DNA of 64,000 nt from an uncultured Actinomycetes bacterium. Lineage in GTDB: Bacteria; Actinomycetota; Thermoleophilia; UBA2241. Below the pieces are notes generated by a model. That model was not told the DNA's origin, did no database searches, and saw only the letters and a list, made by a program, of their open reading frames with translations. This document shows positions 30,101 to 42,590 of this stretch, piece after piece. A program made the translations under genes and the position numbers. Every line of letters starts with the position of its first letter. Within the stretch, counting starts at the first letter, position 1. The DNA is taken from the NCBI GenBank assembly GCA_963767005.1, contig CAVYCN010000003.1:64001-128000 (forward strand), given 5' to 3'.

Positions 30101-30573
30101 CAGTTCCTCCTGCTTGCTAGATGGACATGAGATCGCTCTTGTGGCAACGCCCGACCGATGAGGGCACATTGCCCATGTGGCCCCCGGGACCGCTACCTAG
30201 ACCACTCCGCTTCAGAATTCAGCGAATACGCTCAGGGAGGTGTTCGCTGGATCACTGCTGAACCCGAGCGCGAGCGACGTGCAGGCCAGACTGAACATCA
30301 GAAGTGCATCCAGGCTCCGTGGTGGTCCGAGCGACCGCCACGCCGGTACCTTCGCGAACCGCGGTGCTCCGCGAAGACTGACGCGGCGGCTAGGCATGGT
30401 ACGACGCAGTGTTGATCAAATACGTCTGGCTCGTGGGCAACAAATCGCCACTAGCTGGAGAAACTTGAGCTCCGGCTGCGCGAACGGCACGAAGGGTACG
30501 CGAGCGGCAGATGTCCTTGCCGCTCGCGCACCCAGAGTCGTTAAGCTCTGCTCAATTGCCTGCTATCGCTGCT

Positions 30574-32220
30574 TCACTCAGGCGGTACCTCAAGGAACGC
30601 ATAGGAAAGGTCGATTCCTTTGCCCTTCTGATACCACCGTTGAATTACATAGTACACAAGGACGACGACAAACACGCCAGACACGATCAGGTACGGTGTT
30701 GTGCCAGTAAGGCCGTAGCCCTTCTTCAGCAAGAAGGCGACCTCAGCAGACGTAGCAAACACCGCACCGATGACTCCGAATATGGTCACGAGCGGCACTC
30801 CGAAGAGCTTGTACTGCGCCCCTGGGGCAGCCTCGTAGAGGGCCTTGGCACGGTAAGGCAGCAGGGCTGCGGCGAGCGCGCTGAAGACGAAGACGTAGCC
30901 GCCAGCGAACGTCACGCCCAACGTTATCGTGGCCCACTTATGGAGATATGTGTAGCCGAAGATGACCGGCAAAGTCGCGAGGAAGTAGACGACCTGGACG
31001 TTGACGGGGGTGCGAAACCGCCCATTGATCTTCGATAGCCAAGCCGGCAGGGTGCGGTCGAGCGACATGCCAATCATGATGCGGGTGCAACCAATGTAGC
31101 CGTTAGCCATGAGCTGAAACGAGGCGAGCATGAACCCCACGGAAGCGAGGACGACGATGATTGGGTTGGGCGAGATGATGATGGCGAACATGCCCGGGAA
31201 CGGCAGCACGGCGCCTATGCCTTTGCCCGAGGCGCTCACGCCGCCATAGTACGACGCCGACGCAGCATTGAAGAAGCCTGTGCCGATCGCGTGCTGCTCG
31301 GTCCACGCGATGAGGGCGAGGGTGACACCGACAGCGATAAGCGCGCCCACGATGATGAACATTTGGTTCCTGAAGACGCGAGCGCCCTTGATTTCGCCGC
31401 CCTGCTCCACAGAGTAAGTCGCCCACATCGTGCTAGTCCAGGCAATCGGGGCGGCGAGCAGCGTGGCGCCCAGCGCGAACTTCGGGAAGAGGTTCCAGCC
31501 CGTCGAGCTCACGTCATGCTGCAGCCACGTGTAGTAGTGCGGGTTGCTGTCGACGATGCCGTTGAAGTGGTTGATGGCGGTGGCGAAGGACGCCGGGCTC
31601 GTGCGCAAGAACTGGACCAGCATGATGATGACGAGGATCGCGGTGCCGGCGAATATCGCGTGTTGCAGGCGGACGTAATTCTTGAAGCCGGTAATAAGCA
31701 AGAACGCCGCGGCTCCACAGGCGATCGTGCTCACGATGACGACGCCCTGATGGCTCTCGGACCAGATGCCGGCGTTGATCAGGCTGGTGCTGTGGTAGTG
31801 CACGCCGAGGCCCATGAAGAGCGGAACAAGACCGAGATTGCAGAAGAGCCAGCCTGACAGGCCACCAATCCACTGAAGCATCCACACCACGAAACCGCTC
31901 ATCACGATCGGAAAGCCGATTGCGCCCCCGAGCATGCGGCTCTGAAACACGTAGTCGCCGCCGCTTCTCGGCATTCCGCTTGCCATCCAGACGTAGGCGA
32001 GGGCGATGGGCAGCTCCATCAGCGTGGCGAACAGACAGGCCATCCAGACTGAGCAGCCCGGGAAAGCCTCAGGCGCCCAGACGAACGTCCAGGGGAAGAT
32101 CACCCCCATCGTAAGGAAGTTGTACGCGAACGCAGACCAAGGCGACATCACCCTGGACAGCCCCGAGGCCTTGCGGCTGAAGACTTCGGGCCTGGCGACA
32201 CTGGACTCCATCGATGTCAC
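30574..32220 (-). CDS. APC family amino acid/amine permease
   Basis: RKASGL, MPRSGGDYVFQSR, GGEIK; paralog of 12146-13777. Confidence 0.9.
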   Translation of the reverse strand: MTSMESSVARPEVFSRKASGLSRVMSPWSAFAYNFLTMGVIFPWTFVWAPEAFPGCSVWMACLFATLMELPIALAYVWMASGMPRSGGDYVFQSRMLGGAIGFPIVMSGFVVWMLQWIGGLSGWLFCNLGLVPLFMGLGVHYHSTSLINAGIWSESHQGVVIVSTIACGAAAFLLITGFKNYVRLQHAIFAGTAILVIIMLVQFLRTSPASFATAINHFNGIVDSNPHYYTWLQHDVSSTGWNLFPKFALGATLLAAPIAWTSTMWATYSVEQGGEIKGARVFRNQMFIIVGALIAVGVTLALIAWTEQHAIGTGFFNAASASYYGGVSASGKGIGAVLPFPGMFAIIISPNPIIVVLASVGFMLASFQLMANGYIGCTRIMIGMSLDRTLPAWLSKINGRFRTPVNVQVVYFLATLPVIFGYTYLHKWATITLGVTFAGGYVFVFSALAAALLPYRAKALYEAAPGAQYKLFGVPLVTIFGVIGAVFATSAEVAFLLKKGYGLTGTTPYLIVSGVFVVVLVYYVIQRWYQKGKGIDLSYAFLEVPPE

Positions 32221-32908
32221 CCCCTCGACCGAAGATATGAAGACGCCTCCAGGATCGGCTCCTTGTCGACCTGTCTTACGCTCGTCTGACCCATGACGCC
32301 CCTTTCAGAGACAATCGACAGGTCGGGAGGTTATCACTCAGGATCGCTCATGTAAAGCACAATAGTGCCTCTTTCTGCTAGCTCAGTGAAACGGGAGTTA
32401 GACAGCACACGTCGCTGGGGCAGGACGTCGCTGCGATCTGTCTCGAGATCTCAACGCTTGCGAAAGAAAGTGACGATTTGCAGGTACTAACAACATCTCA
32501 TCGGGGCGTCGCCCTGAAGACCCCTAACTCGCCCATAGACATTCTGATACTCACTTCGGGCCGAGAACACATCTGGCTGGGGGAGTCATCTCCGATGTGG
32601 GGCAATCCCACCAGCGCGCACGTGACTGGCCTCTGCTCGCTTCTGACTGTCGCTGTCAGTCGCGTGGCGCCCCTGCGATGCGGGTGGAGAGGTATGGCGC
32701 AGGCGCGCGCCCCCTGACCGATAGCACATCGTACCCGAGCGCGCGCCTCAGCGTTCTCGCATGTCCGTAAGCTCCCTGATCAGCTCATGAAGAAGCGATG
32801 CAGGCGCGACTTGGAAAGCGGCCGCCGGAAGGGAGCCGAGCACGACTGCAGAGCGCGAGGTGAGGTCGTGGCGCCAGGCAGTCGTGAAACGGCGGTAAAC
32901 GAGTTGAT

Positions 32909-33907
32909 CTAGCCTGACGTCATCTGATAGCCCACCACCTTGCCGGGCTCGAGCGTGATGATGCAGCCCCGGATGATGCCCTCGCCGTACTCGCTGCCGG
33001 GGTTGATGACGGTCGTGCGACCGAGGTTCACAAGGCCGCGCGACTCGTGGATGTGTCCCGTAAGGGCGAGCAGGGGCGCGTGCTTCTCGATGATCTTGCG
33101 CACCGCCGTGCTGCCGGCCGGCGCCGACTGCGGCACGCCGGCGATGACGATGGGCGAGGGCGGGTCGGTCGACCAGTCGAGCTTGGGGCAGTCGTCGAGC
33201 GTGCAGTCGTAGGGCGGCACGTGCATGTTGAAGATGGCGCTCGTGAAGTCGTCGATGCCGTCGACCGCCTGCTCGAGCAGCGTGTAGAGGGACTCCTCAT
33301 CGGTCTCGCGCGGCGTCGCCCAGGGCGTCGGGTTGCTGTGGCCGCAGTTGGCCATGGGGTAGAAGTCGTCGAACAGCACGACCCGGCCCTCGCAGTTGAC
33401 TACATGCTCGCTCTGCACCTCGTCGAAGACGGTGAGCACGTCGGGCGGGTCGTCGTTGCCGCCGGTCACGTACCACTTGATCGGCGTGTCGGCGAGGCGC
33501 TCGTCGGCCAGCGCGATCCAGCGCTCGATGCGCTCGCGCGCCAGGCGATGGAACGTGCCGTCGACCTGTGACTGGTCCGCCTGCATGGCGTGGAGCTCGT
33601 CCTCGGCCATCGTCACGTGGTAGAAGCCGAGCGTCTCGATGCGCTCCTTGATGGCGGCCAGGGCGTCGTCGCCCTCGATGTGCTCGGTCGTGCCCTGGAG
33701 CGTCACGCGGTAGTGGCTGTCGTGCTCATGGACGATGGGCACGAGGAACTTGCCCATGATGTCGCCGCCCATGATGATGTGGTCGACCTTGTAGAACTTG
33801 GCGCAGTTCACGAACTTGCGGAACGTGCGCTCCGAGCCGTGCACGTCGGTCGCATAGAACAGGCGCACGCGTTTGGCCCCGCCGTCCTTCTTCTTGAACA
33901 GTCCCAT
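32909..33907 (-). CDS. Calcineurin-like metallophosphoesterase
   Basis: DVHGS, GGDIMGK, GNDD, GHIHES, NPGSEY; paralog of 11102-12061. Confidence 0.88.
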   Translation of the reverse strand: MGLFKKKDGGAKRVRLFYATDVHGSERTFRKFVNCAKFYKVDHIIMGGDIMGKFLVPIVHEHDSHYRVTLQGTTEHIEGDDALAAIKERIETLGFYHVTMAEDELHAMQADQSQVDGTFHRLARERIERWIALADERLADTPIKWYVTGGNDDPPDVLTVFDEVQSEHVVNCEGRVVLFDDFYPMANCGHSNPTPWATPRETDEESLYTLLEQAVDGIDDFTSAIFNMHVPPYDCTLDDCPKLDWSTDPPSPIVIAGVPQSAPAGSTAVRKIIEKHAPLLALTGHIHESRGLVNLGRTTVINPGSEYGEGIIRGCIITLEPGKVVGYQMTSG

Positions 33908-33923
33908 GGCGTGACCCGTCCTC

Positions 33924-34736
33924 TCAGTCGATCTCGTTGTACCACTTGACCTTGTCGCCGACCTTGGAGCGCAGGCGCCAGCGGGTGCCCTTGGGCTCAT
34001 CGTCCATCGCCTTGAGCAGCTCGCCGACGCGCTGCGCCACGACGGCGCGGTCTTCGTCGGACAGGTCGACGTGCGGCAGGTAGTCGCGTACCTTGCCGAG
34101 GTTCATCGAGCTCGTGCGCCACAGGCCCCACTCGCCGGCGCACAGGGTGGCGATCCGGGCCGCGTTTATGTGATCGGCGTCGTCGCGCGCGATCTCGTGC
34201 TCGCGCAGCAGCATGATGGTGTCGATGATGTCCTTCTCGTTGATCTTGACGATCTGCATCTTCTCCAGGACGAGCTCGGCCAGCGGGATGGTGGGGCTGT
34301 CGACGGCGAGCCGGTCCTTCCAGGGGATGGGGTGGCAGAAGTCGAGCCGGTCCATGAAGACGTCGACGTGGATGTGCTTGACCGGGTGGTTGAAGATCAG
34401 GCGCCCGGCCTCGGCGTGGAAGCTGTTGATCTCGACGTCCTCGTCGTAGCCGAGCGCGATGAAGAGGTCGCGGATCGGCTTTGACTGCTTGCCGTAGCCG
34501 GCGAAGTCGATGTCGGTGTACACGCGGTTGAGCTTGGCCTGGATCCAGCCGAACTGCGGGCAGTGATGGTGGAAGGCAAGGGCGCCGATCACGCGCAGCG
34601 CCACGCCGGCCTGCTGACCCGCCTGGACGACCCGCAGGGCCTCGTCCTCGAACACCCGCGCGAGGTCGGCGTCGGGCTGGCCGACGCCGACCTGCGCGCC
34701 GACCTCGCCGGCGGGGTGGGTGCCTTCGTCACTCAT
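33924..34736 (-). CDS. Uncharacterised nucleotidyltransferase-like protein
   Basis: LRVIGAL, YTDIDF, VDVF, LEKMQIVKINEKD. Confidence 0.65.
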   Translation of the reverse strand: MSDEGTHPAGEVGAQVGVGQPDADLARVFEDEALRVVQAGQQAGVALRVIGALAFHHHCPQFGWIQAKLNRVYTDIDFAGYGKQSKPIRDLFIALGYDEDVEINSFHAEAGRLIFNHPVKHIHVDVFMDRLDFCHPIPWKDRLAVDSPTIPLAELVLEKMQIVKINEKDIIDTIMLLREHEIARDDADHINAARIATLCAGEWGLWRTSSMNLGKVRDYLPHVDLSDEDRAVVAQRVGELLKAMDDEPKGTRWRLRSKVGDKVKWYNEID

Positions 34737-35264
34737 AGCTTGCTCCCACATGTCTCGAGACGATGACCAGCTCGCTCGCGGTGCTCCAATCGTGAGCGTC
34801 CAGAACCAAGAACGATGCGAGCAGATGGCCGCCCAACGTCTGCTTGGAGGTAAACTGATCAGTGTCGTGCATGGTAACGGAAAGTTGAGCGAAGTTGACG
34901 ACAGTCTAGGCTCTCCTTGCTACTCGTCAAGCTCAGCCAGTTCTTCCATCGCGGGTTTGAGGTCACTGTCCGGGCTTGTGGGGCCGCGGGCTCGCAGTCT
35001 TGAGGTGGAGCGACGGCGGCATCGCCGCCGCTCCACCGTTCGGACAGCTGGCTTGCACTCTGGGGGCAGCACGCAAGTTGTCCGCACTCGCCAGCAACCG
35101 GGGGAGACAGAGGCTGCTGGCAAGCTTTGCCTTGTTGTTGGGAGGTTTGGTCGCGTCGGGAGGCTGACCAGGGGCACGCCAACCCAGCGATGTACCCCGA
35201 CGGCACCTCAGGAACCCCGCCGTCCGTGCATTGCTCGCAAGTGTGGCGCGTTCCAGGACACGGA

Positions 35265-36644
35265 TCAGACGAGACCCTGGTCGAGCATGCTGTCGGCGAC
35301 CTTGACGAAACCGGCGATGTTCGCGCCGTTCACGTAGTTGCCGGGCGTGTCGTACTCGTTGGCCGCGTCGACGCACTGCTTGTGGATGGCCTTCATGATC
35401 CCGTGGAGACGGGTGTCGACCTCTTCGCGCGTCCAGGCCAGGCGCAGGCTGTTCTGGCTCATCTCGAGACCGGAGGTGGCCACGCCGCCGGCGTTGGCGG
35501 CCTTGCCGGGGCCGTAGAGGATGCCGGCCTTGACGAACTGCTCGACGCCTTCGGGGACCGTCGGCATGTTGGCGCCTTCGGAGACCACGTACACGCCGTT
35601 CTTCAGCAGGTTGGCGGCGTCCTTGGCGTTGATCTCGTTCTGGACGGCGCTCGGGAAGGCCGCGTCGGCCTTGATGTCCCACAGCGGGTTGTGGTCGGCG
35701 TTCCTGTCGATCGGGTAGAACTTGGCGCCGAACTTGTCGGCGTACTCCTTGATGCGGCCGCGCTTGACGTTCTTGAGCTCGAGCAGGAAGGCGAGCTTCT
35801 CGCGATCGATGCCCTCGGCGTCATGAATGAAGCCGCTCGAGTCGGACAGCGTGACGGCCTTGCCGCCCAGGTCGAGGATCTTCTCGACGGTGTACTGGGC
35901 GACGTTGCCCGAACCGCTGACCAGGCAGGTCTTGCCCTCGAGGGTGTCGTCGCGCGTGTTCAGCATCTCCTCGGCGAAGTAGACCGCGCCGTAGCCGGTC
36001 GCCTCGGGACGGATCAGCGAGCCGCCCCAGTTGAGGCCCTTGCCCGTCAGCACGCCGACGAACTCGTTGCGGATGCGCTTGTACTGGCCGAACATGAAGC
36101 CGATCTCGCGACCGCCGACGCCGATGTCGCCGGCGGGGACATCGGTGAACTGGCCGATGTGCCGGCTGAGCTCGGTCATGAAGCTCTGGCAGAAGCGCAT
36201 GACCTCGCCGTCGCTCTTGCCCTTGGGGTCGAAGTTCGAGCCGCCCTTGCCGCCGCCCATGGGGAGCGTGGTGAGAGCGTTCTTGAAGACCTGCTCGAAG
36301 GCGAGGAACTTGAGCATGCCGAGGTAGACGGTCGGATGGAAGCGCAGGCCGCCCTTGTAGGGGCCGATGGCGCTGTTCATCTCGATGCGGAAGCCCTTCT
36401 GGATCTGGATCTCGCCCTTGTCGTCGACCCAGGGGACACGGAACATGATGACGCGCTCGGGCTCGATGATGCGCTCGAGGATCTTGGCTTCGCGGTACTT
36501 GGGATGGCGCGCGAGCACGGGCTCGAGCGACTCGGCGACTTCCTGGACGGCCTGGTGGAACTCGAGCTCGCCCTGGTTCTTGGCCACGACGTCGGCCATG
36601 AGCTTCTTCACGTACTCGGTCTTCGGTGCGGTAACCACGCTCAC
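35265..36644 (-). CDS. gdhA: NADP-specific glutamate dehydrogenase
   Basis: GPYKGGLRFHP, LPMGGGKGGS, DVPAGDIGVG, RPEATGYG, SGSGNVA, EGANMP. Confidence 0.97.
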   Translation of the reverse strand: MSVVTAPKTEYVKKLMADVVAKNQGELEFHQAVQEVAESLEPVLARHPKYREAKILERIIEPERVIMFRVPWVDDKGEIQIQKGFRIEMNSAIGPYKGGLRFHPTVYLGMLKFLAFEQVFKNALTTLPMGGGKGGSNFDPKGKSDGEVMRFCQSFMTELSRHIGQFTDVPAGDIGVGGREIGFMFGQYKRIRNEFVGVLTGKGLNWGGSLIRPEATGYGAVYFAEEMLNTRDDTLEGKTCLVSGSGNVAQYTVEKILDLGGKAVTLSDSSGFIHDAEGIDREKLAFLLELKNVKRGRIKEYADKFGAKFYPIDRNADHNPLWDIKADAAFPSAVQNEINAKDAANLLKNGVYVVSEGANMPTVPEGVEQFVKAGILYGPGKAANAGGVATSGLEMSQNSLRLAWTREEVDTRLHGIMKAIHKQCVDAANEYDTPGNYVNGANIAGFVKVADSMLDQGLV

Positions 36645-36975
36645 TTCAGAGCCCTCCATTTTTGAACAGCAAGAGCTGATCTAGCCTGCGACATAGCATT
36701 GCGGCACCGCCGCGCCGCCCACAAGACTGGCCTATGCCGCCGTTCGCTCTTCTCCAACCTGCACTCAAAACTCTCATGAGTTGGCAGTGTCGAGAAAAGA
36801 GTTAGCCACAATCGAAGGGCACGGGCCGGCGATCATCGCTATGTCGCTTGTTCTGACGTGAGCGATCAGGCTGACGTGCTGATGATTGGGATGCGCATAC
36901 TCTCACGGGTCCAGACGGAAGCGACCCAACCACTATCACATGGCCGACTGCCTTGCCCGAGATCAGACGGACGCG

Positions 36976-38196
<1,221 letters not shown>

Positions 38197-38210
38197 CTAA
38201 CTCGTGCTGG

Positions 38211-39329
38211 TTACTCAAGGGACGCGGCTTTCAAATCATCCAGAGTGCCGCTTAACTCAAACAGCATGGACTCGCAGTCGTCGGCGGTGATGCATCCCAT
38301 AGTAGCTACTTGGAACATGTTCTGGCCTTCGAACACGCCCTTGCCTGGGTAGACAATGAATCCTCGTTCCTCAAACCTGTCGATGAACTCGTCGAGAGAC
38401 ACGCCTTGAGGGAGGAACGCCGACGTGACTGTGTTGCTTGAGAGCTCCTCTGGAAGAAGCAGGCGCAACCCAAGCGATGATAACCCGTCTCTCACAACTT
38501 TGCGGCATCCTTGATACCGTTTAATCCTCGTATCTAAGCCTTCGTCTAGCAAGTCTTCGACAGCCTGGTCAAGAGCGATAATCATTGTGACTGACGGTGT
38601 GTTTGGTGTCTGTTCGCATCGCTCTGCCCACATAATATGTGACTGCAAGTTAAGATATATATTGCGACGACGTATTCCGCTATCTGCATCAGGAATACTG
38701 CTACGCTTAGCTATCACGAATGACGTGCCGGTCATTCCACCGATAGCTTTATTGCCGACACCCGTCAATATATCTATCTGGTCCCTGATCACATCTATGT
38801 CTTCGCCGCCGACAGCACTGACACAATCTAGGAAAGTTCTGCATCCGTGGCGTTTCGCGATACTGGTTACGGAGGCAATCGGATTGCGCATCCCGGAACT
38901 AGTCTCGTGGTAGACCATGCAGACTAGATTTACTCGAGGATGTTTCTCAAGAGCGGCCTCGATATCGTCGACCGCAGGAGGTTCGCCCCAAGCATACTCA
39001 AGCCGGTAGACGCTCATGTCGTAGCATGTAAGGATGTCGTCGAGCCGCTGTCCAAAGGCACCGTTCTTTATCAGAAGAACTTCATCGGAGTCTCTGACAA
39101 TCGACGAAAGCGCGGTCTCATTGGCTGCAGTCCCGGAACCGCTGATGACCACGGCAGTGTAGTTCTCGTCGGCTCTGACGAGGCGAAGCAGGTTCTTTCG
39201 AAGCCGAGCGAGGATGGCTTCGAAATCCGACCGCCTATGTGCCATGTCTGGGTGGCACAGGGCTCGCTTCAAAGCACCCGTCGTCATGACGGGTCCGGGC
39301 GTAAAGAGTGTCTTCGCGTTCGTAATCAT
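38211..39329 (-). CDS. Class V PLP aminotransferase (PhnW/2-aminoethylphosphonate transaminase-like)
   Basis: LFTPGP, SGSGTAA, NGAFG, HETSSG, DCVSAVGG, GNKAIGG, IVYPGK. Confidence 0.85.
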   Translation of the reverse strand: MITNAKTLFTPGPVMTTGALKRALCHPDMAHRRSDFEAILARLRKNLLRLVRADENYTAVVISGSGTAANETALSSIVRDSDEVLLIKNGAFGQRLDDILTCYDMSVYRLEYAWGEPPAVDDIEAALEKHPRVNLVCMVYHETSSGMRNPIASVTSIAKRHGCRTFLDCVSAVGGEDIDVIRDQIDILTGVGNKAIGGMTGTSFVIAKRSSIPDADSGIRRRNIYLNLQSHIMWAERCEQTPNTPSVTMIIALDQAVEDLLDEGLDTRIKRYQGCRKVVRDGLSSLGLRLLLPEELSSNTVTSAFLPQGVSLDEFIDRFEERGFIVYPGKGVFEGQNMFQVATMGCITADDCESMLFELSGTLDDLKAASLE

Positions 39330-39619
39330 AGTTCACCTAGCAAACCTTCAAGCCGGCGAGCTCTTCGCGCGCGCCGCCGCGTCGGGAATCGCACCGGCGT
39401 CCGCCCAACGATCAATGCCTTCGCGGCAACCCTTCTCATGCGAACCACCATGCCTTCGTAGCCGACCTCGAGCGCCGCCGACCTCGGGGATCGAAGACCC
39501 CTCTTGTCGGCTCGCCGGCATTACAACACGCAGATTCGGTCATGTCAACTTTTGTTATGATTGATAACGCGCGAAGCGTCTGGTGAGTCAGCGGCGGCCG
39601 AGGCGGTGCTCGGGGGATG

Positions 39620-40090
39620 GTGCAGGGAGATCTGGCAGAAGCCGGATGCACGCTCGATGTCGCCGCGCTGAACGCGGGCACCGGCGCAGCAGCGCCAGCA
39701 TCAACGACCTCGGGGGCTACGAGCCTTCGTGGCGGCGCTGCGGCCGCTTGCGCGGGCGTGCGTGCTGCTCGCCCGCGAGCTCGGCGGCGCCGGCCTGGCC
39801 GTGGCCGACGTCAACTCGCACCGGTGCGCAACCTCGCCCACGCCGTGGCACGCTCGCCAAGACCGACCACCTCGATACACGCCTGCTCGCCGAGCTTGCC
39901 GTCCGTGCTTTGCGCCTGCGAGGACCTCGCCCGCTTCCTGCGCCCGTGAGTCGGGCGTCTGGCGCGAACGCCGGAGGGTCGGGCGGCCGTGACCAGGTGT
40001 GCCGCACGCTCTACATGGCCACCCTGCGGCGTCGCGCTACCATCCCACCATCCGCGCCTTCTACGAGCGGCTTGTTGGCGGCCAGCAAGC
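39620..40090 (+). pseudogene. Degraded IS110-family transposase
   Basis: Fragments GGYE, AKTDHLDTRLLA, GGRDQVCRTLYMATL, HPTIRAFYERL in shifting frames. Confidence 0.7.
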
Positions 40091-40392
40091 TCTGGAGTGT
40101 CCTGCGCCAGCGCTCGCCATGGCGTAACACATACGAAGAGGGGCACGGTCAGGCCAGACTGACCCAAACTCATGAGTCGGCGTCTCAATGGGAGTCGTTA
40201 CGTCGCGCTGGGCTCTCAGGTCAGAGCTGATCGCTGGTCTTGTGGCCAGCCTAGTCGACGTGGGCGACCCTGGTCCCGGATGTTCGTAAGACGGTGGTTG
40301 AGCCGGCGCTGTAGCCGTCCCACCTCTCACGGTCGGTCCTCCTACGCACTCGCTCGTAGTAGCCAGCTCGAGGGCACGTCTACAGCCCATCA

Positions 40393-40429
40393 GGGGTGAC
40401 GACGTTCCTCTTCACAACGCCGTCACCCC
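40393..40429 (-). terminator. Hairpin downstream of the MtmB-like gene
   Basis: GGGGTGACGACGTT...AACGCCGTCACCCC. Confidence 0.45.
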
Positions 40430-40503
40430 CTCAAGGGCGTCCTTTTGGGCAAAGGCTCGCGCCATGGCAGAGACGCTAATCGGGCTCTGCACTCGGCGGT
40501 CAT

Positions 40504-41922
40504 TCAGGCCAACGCGTATCCCAACTCGCGCAGCTCTCGACGAGCGTCTTGGAGCGTAGCTTCGTAGTCGGGGTTGACCATGCGGCCCGTCGTTCGGTCG
40601 TACACCTCTCCGAAGATCCAGCCCGACTCTCCTTGCTCAAGCCGGTCGCTGTACTCCGAGTAAAGGCGGCTCACCACCTCGTTGGCCCGCTCGCGTGAGA
40701 ACGAGGCAGCTGCGATGCCGATCTCGGCCTGGAGCTGATGGTCGTCAGGAAGCAAGGAATCCATCTTAGCCGCTCTGGCGGGGTGGCCGGTGTATACCTG
40801 CGCCCCCGACGCCACGACCGAAGTCAAGTAGGCAGCGTCTTCGAGATGCGACATCCGGCTCCCGGCCTCGCCAGCAAGATAGGAGGTATTGAAGATAGAC
40901 ATGTTCATGTTGCGAGTCGCCGCCTGATTGGCCAGGGAGTTCGCCCAGATGATGGGGTGCGCCGTCGATACCAAGAGGCGCTGGTGAAGAGCCATGTTGA
41001 AGTGGTAGCGGGCCCTGAAAATCATCCAGCCGCCGATGATGTAGGCGGTGCACAAGATCGCAACGTTCTCGGCACCACCGGCGTACCCACCATACATTGG
41101 AGCCCCGACCGTGGCCACCGCTGCACCGAGACTGGCATAGAAAGCGGCGCGTTGCAGCGAAGCGTAGTTGACGACCATCTCGGATACGAAATCGATGAGA
41201 TAGCCGTCGGTAAGGCGCGCGCCGAACGCCGGATGACTGGCTGCGAACATAGAGCTGGACGCGATGGCGCTCGAGACGCAGTTGATAATGGGCATCCCCG
41301 GACGTCCTGCCCGGCGCAGACCCTCACGTGCTACGGACATGGCGCGAATTGCCGCCAGGATCTCCTGAGGCGAGCCGACCCTTGCCGGCACCCCATCGAC
41401 CGTCGGCAGCGAGGGTGCAGCTAGCGAGTCGGCAATCGGGATCGAGGCCATCTTCTCGACCATGCGGAGGCACGTAATCTCATCCGAGTGGTTCATGCCG
41501 CCGCCGACGTGAACCCACGGCCGCTGCTTGCTGTCCGGGCGACGAGGGATCATCGTCTTGCGGTCGACACCTTCCCCGAAGCCCACGGAGGGGAGCATGC
41601 TGGCGACGGCGCTCTCGATCTCGGCCTTGGTGAACTCCATGACCCGGTTCGTGTCGGAGCAGTAGAAGCCGACGAGCGAAATGAGCTCGACGGCGGCAGC
41701 GAACACCCGATCCGCCAGCTCGTCATCGCTGTTGACGAAGGCCTTGTGGTCCCACTCGATGCCGTTGTTCTTCACGGCCGATTTCAGCCCGGGAAGCAGG
41801 CGCGAAGAGATGAAGTCCTCCTGCCTAGTCAGGGGTCCTTCTTCGGCCCGTGCGAAGACCTCCGACAAGCTCATCCCATGCGTCACCGGCGACTTCTCTG
41901 GCAACGAGACGACGGACATCAC
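40504..41922 (-). CDS. MtmB-family methyltransferase without pyrrolysine
   Basis: RAEEGP, DELADRVFAAA, GFYCSDTNRV, RAGRPGMPIINC at the Pyl-equivalent site, PMYGGYAGG; no in-frame TAG. Confidence 0.85.
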   Translation of the reverse strand: MMSVVSLPEKSPVTHGMSLSEVFARAEEGPLTRQEDFISSRLLPGLKSAVKNNGIEWDHKAFVNSDDELADRVFAAAVELISLVGFYCSDTNRVMEFTKAEIESAVASMLPSVGFGEGVDRKTMIPRRPDSKQRPWVHVGGGMNHSDEITCLRMVEKMASIPIADSLAAPSLPTVDGVPARVGSPQEILAAIRAMSVAREGLRRAGRPGMPIINCVSSAIASSSMFAASHPAFGARLTDGYLIDFVSEMVVNYASLQRAAFYASLGAAVATVGAPMYGGYAGGAENVAILCTAYIIGGWMIFRARYHFNMALHQRLLVSTAHPIIWANSLANQAATRNMNMSIFNTSYLAGEAGSRMSHLEDAAYLTSVVASGAQVYTGHPARAAKMDSLLPDDHQLQAEIGIAAASFSRERANEVVSRLYSEYSDRLEQGESGWIFGEVYDRTTGRMVNPDYEATLQDARRELRELGYALA

Positions 41923-42590
41923 CGACCTCCTGCCTGCGTCTTAGGTCGAAACAGTTGCTTGGCCATCTCCACGGCTTCATATGCCGTGGCGGAGAAGCCG
42001 TCAGCCCCGATGGCCTCTGCCCACTCCGCGGTCGTGGCTCCCCCACCTACGATCACTTTGTAGGCGCCGCGCTTGCCACTCCCTGCCAAGACATCGATGA
42101 CGTCCTTCTGACCGGACAGCGTCGTTGTCAGCAAGGCCGAGCATGCGATGATGTCGGCGTCGACCTCTTCGGCCTTCGAGACGAAGTCGAAGGGTGCCAC
42201 ATCGACGCCCAGATCATGAACGGAGAAGCCGGCAATACGGAGCAACAGCCCGAGGATGTTCTTGCCGATCGAGTGTATGTCGCCCCGAACCGTGCCGAGG
42301 ACGACGACACCCGCCTTGACCACCGACTGACCTGAGGCTTCAAGAGCCGGCTCAAGCAGCGACATAGCTCGCTCAAAGGCGACCGCAGATTGCATCATCT
42401 CCGGAAGGAACAGCTCATCCGCCAGGAAGAGTCGTCCCACTTCGTCCATCGCGGGCACCAGTGCGTCATCTATGATCTCCCTGGGACCGATGCCGGCTGC
42501 CAAGGACTCTCGCACGCACGTCTCAACGGCCTCCGCATCTCCAGCGATTACGGCCCTGCGCGTGCCGCTCTCTGGCTCCTTTGCGCTCAT
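41919..42590 (-). CDS. Corrinoid methyltransferase cognate protein
   Basis: LFLPEM, GTVRGDIHSIGKNI, CSALLTTT, IGADG. Confidence 0.93.
   Translation of the reverse strand: MSAKEPESGTRRAVIAGDAEAVETCVRESLAAGIGPREIIDDALVPAMDEVGRLFLADELFLPEMMQSAVAFERAMSLLEPALEASGQSVVKAGVVVLGTVRGDIHSIGKNILGLLLRIAGFSVHDLGVDVAPFDFVSKAEEVDADIIACSALLTTTLSGQKDVIDVLAGSGKRGAYKVIVGGGATTAEWAEAIGADGFSATAYEAVEMAKQLFRPKTQAGGR

Noticed and set aside
32267-32325. Leader hairpin (CGACCTGTC...GACAGGTCG) upstream of the APC permease as a riboswitch
   Set aside because: No recognisable riboswitch consensus; needs an Rfam search.
35127-36665. 512-aa plus-strand ORF opposite gdhA, and similar long antisense ORFs (36886-38127, 49616-50857, 62293-63969)
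   Set aside because: Shadow ORFs caused by high-GC codon bias opposite well-supported genes.
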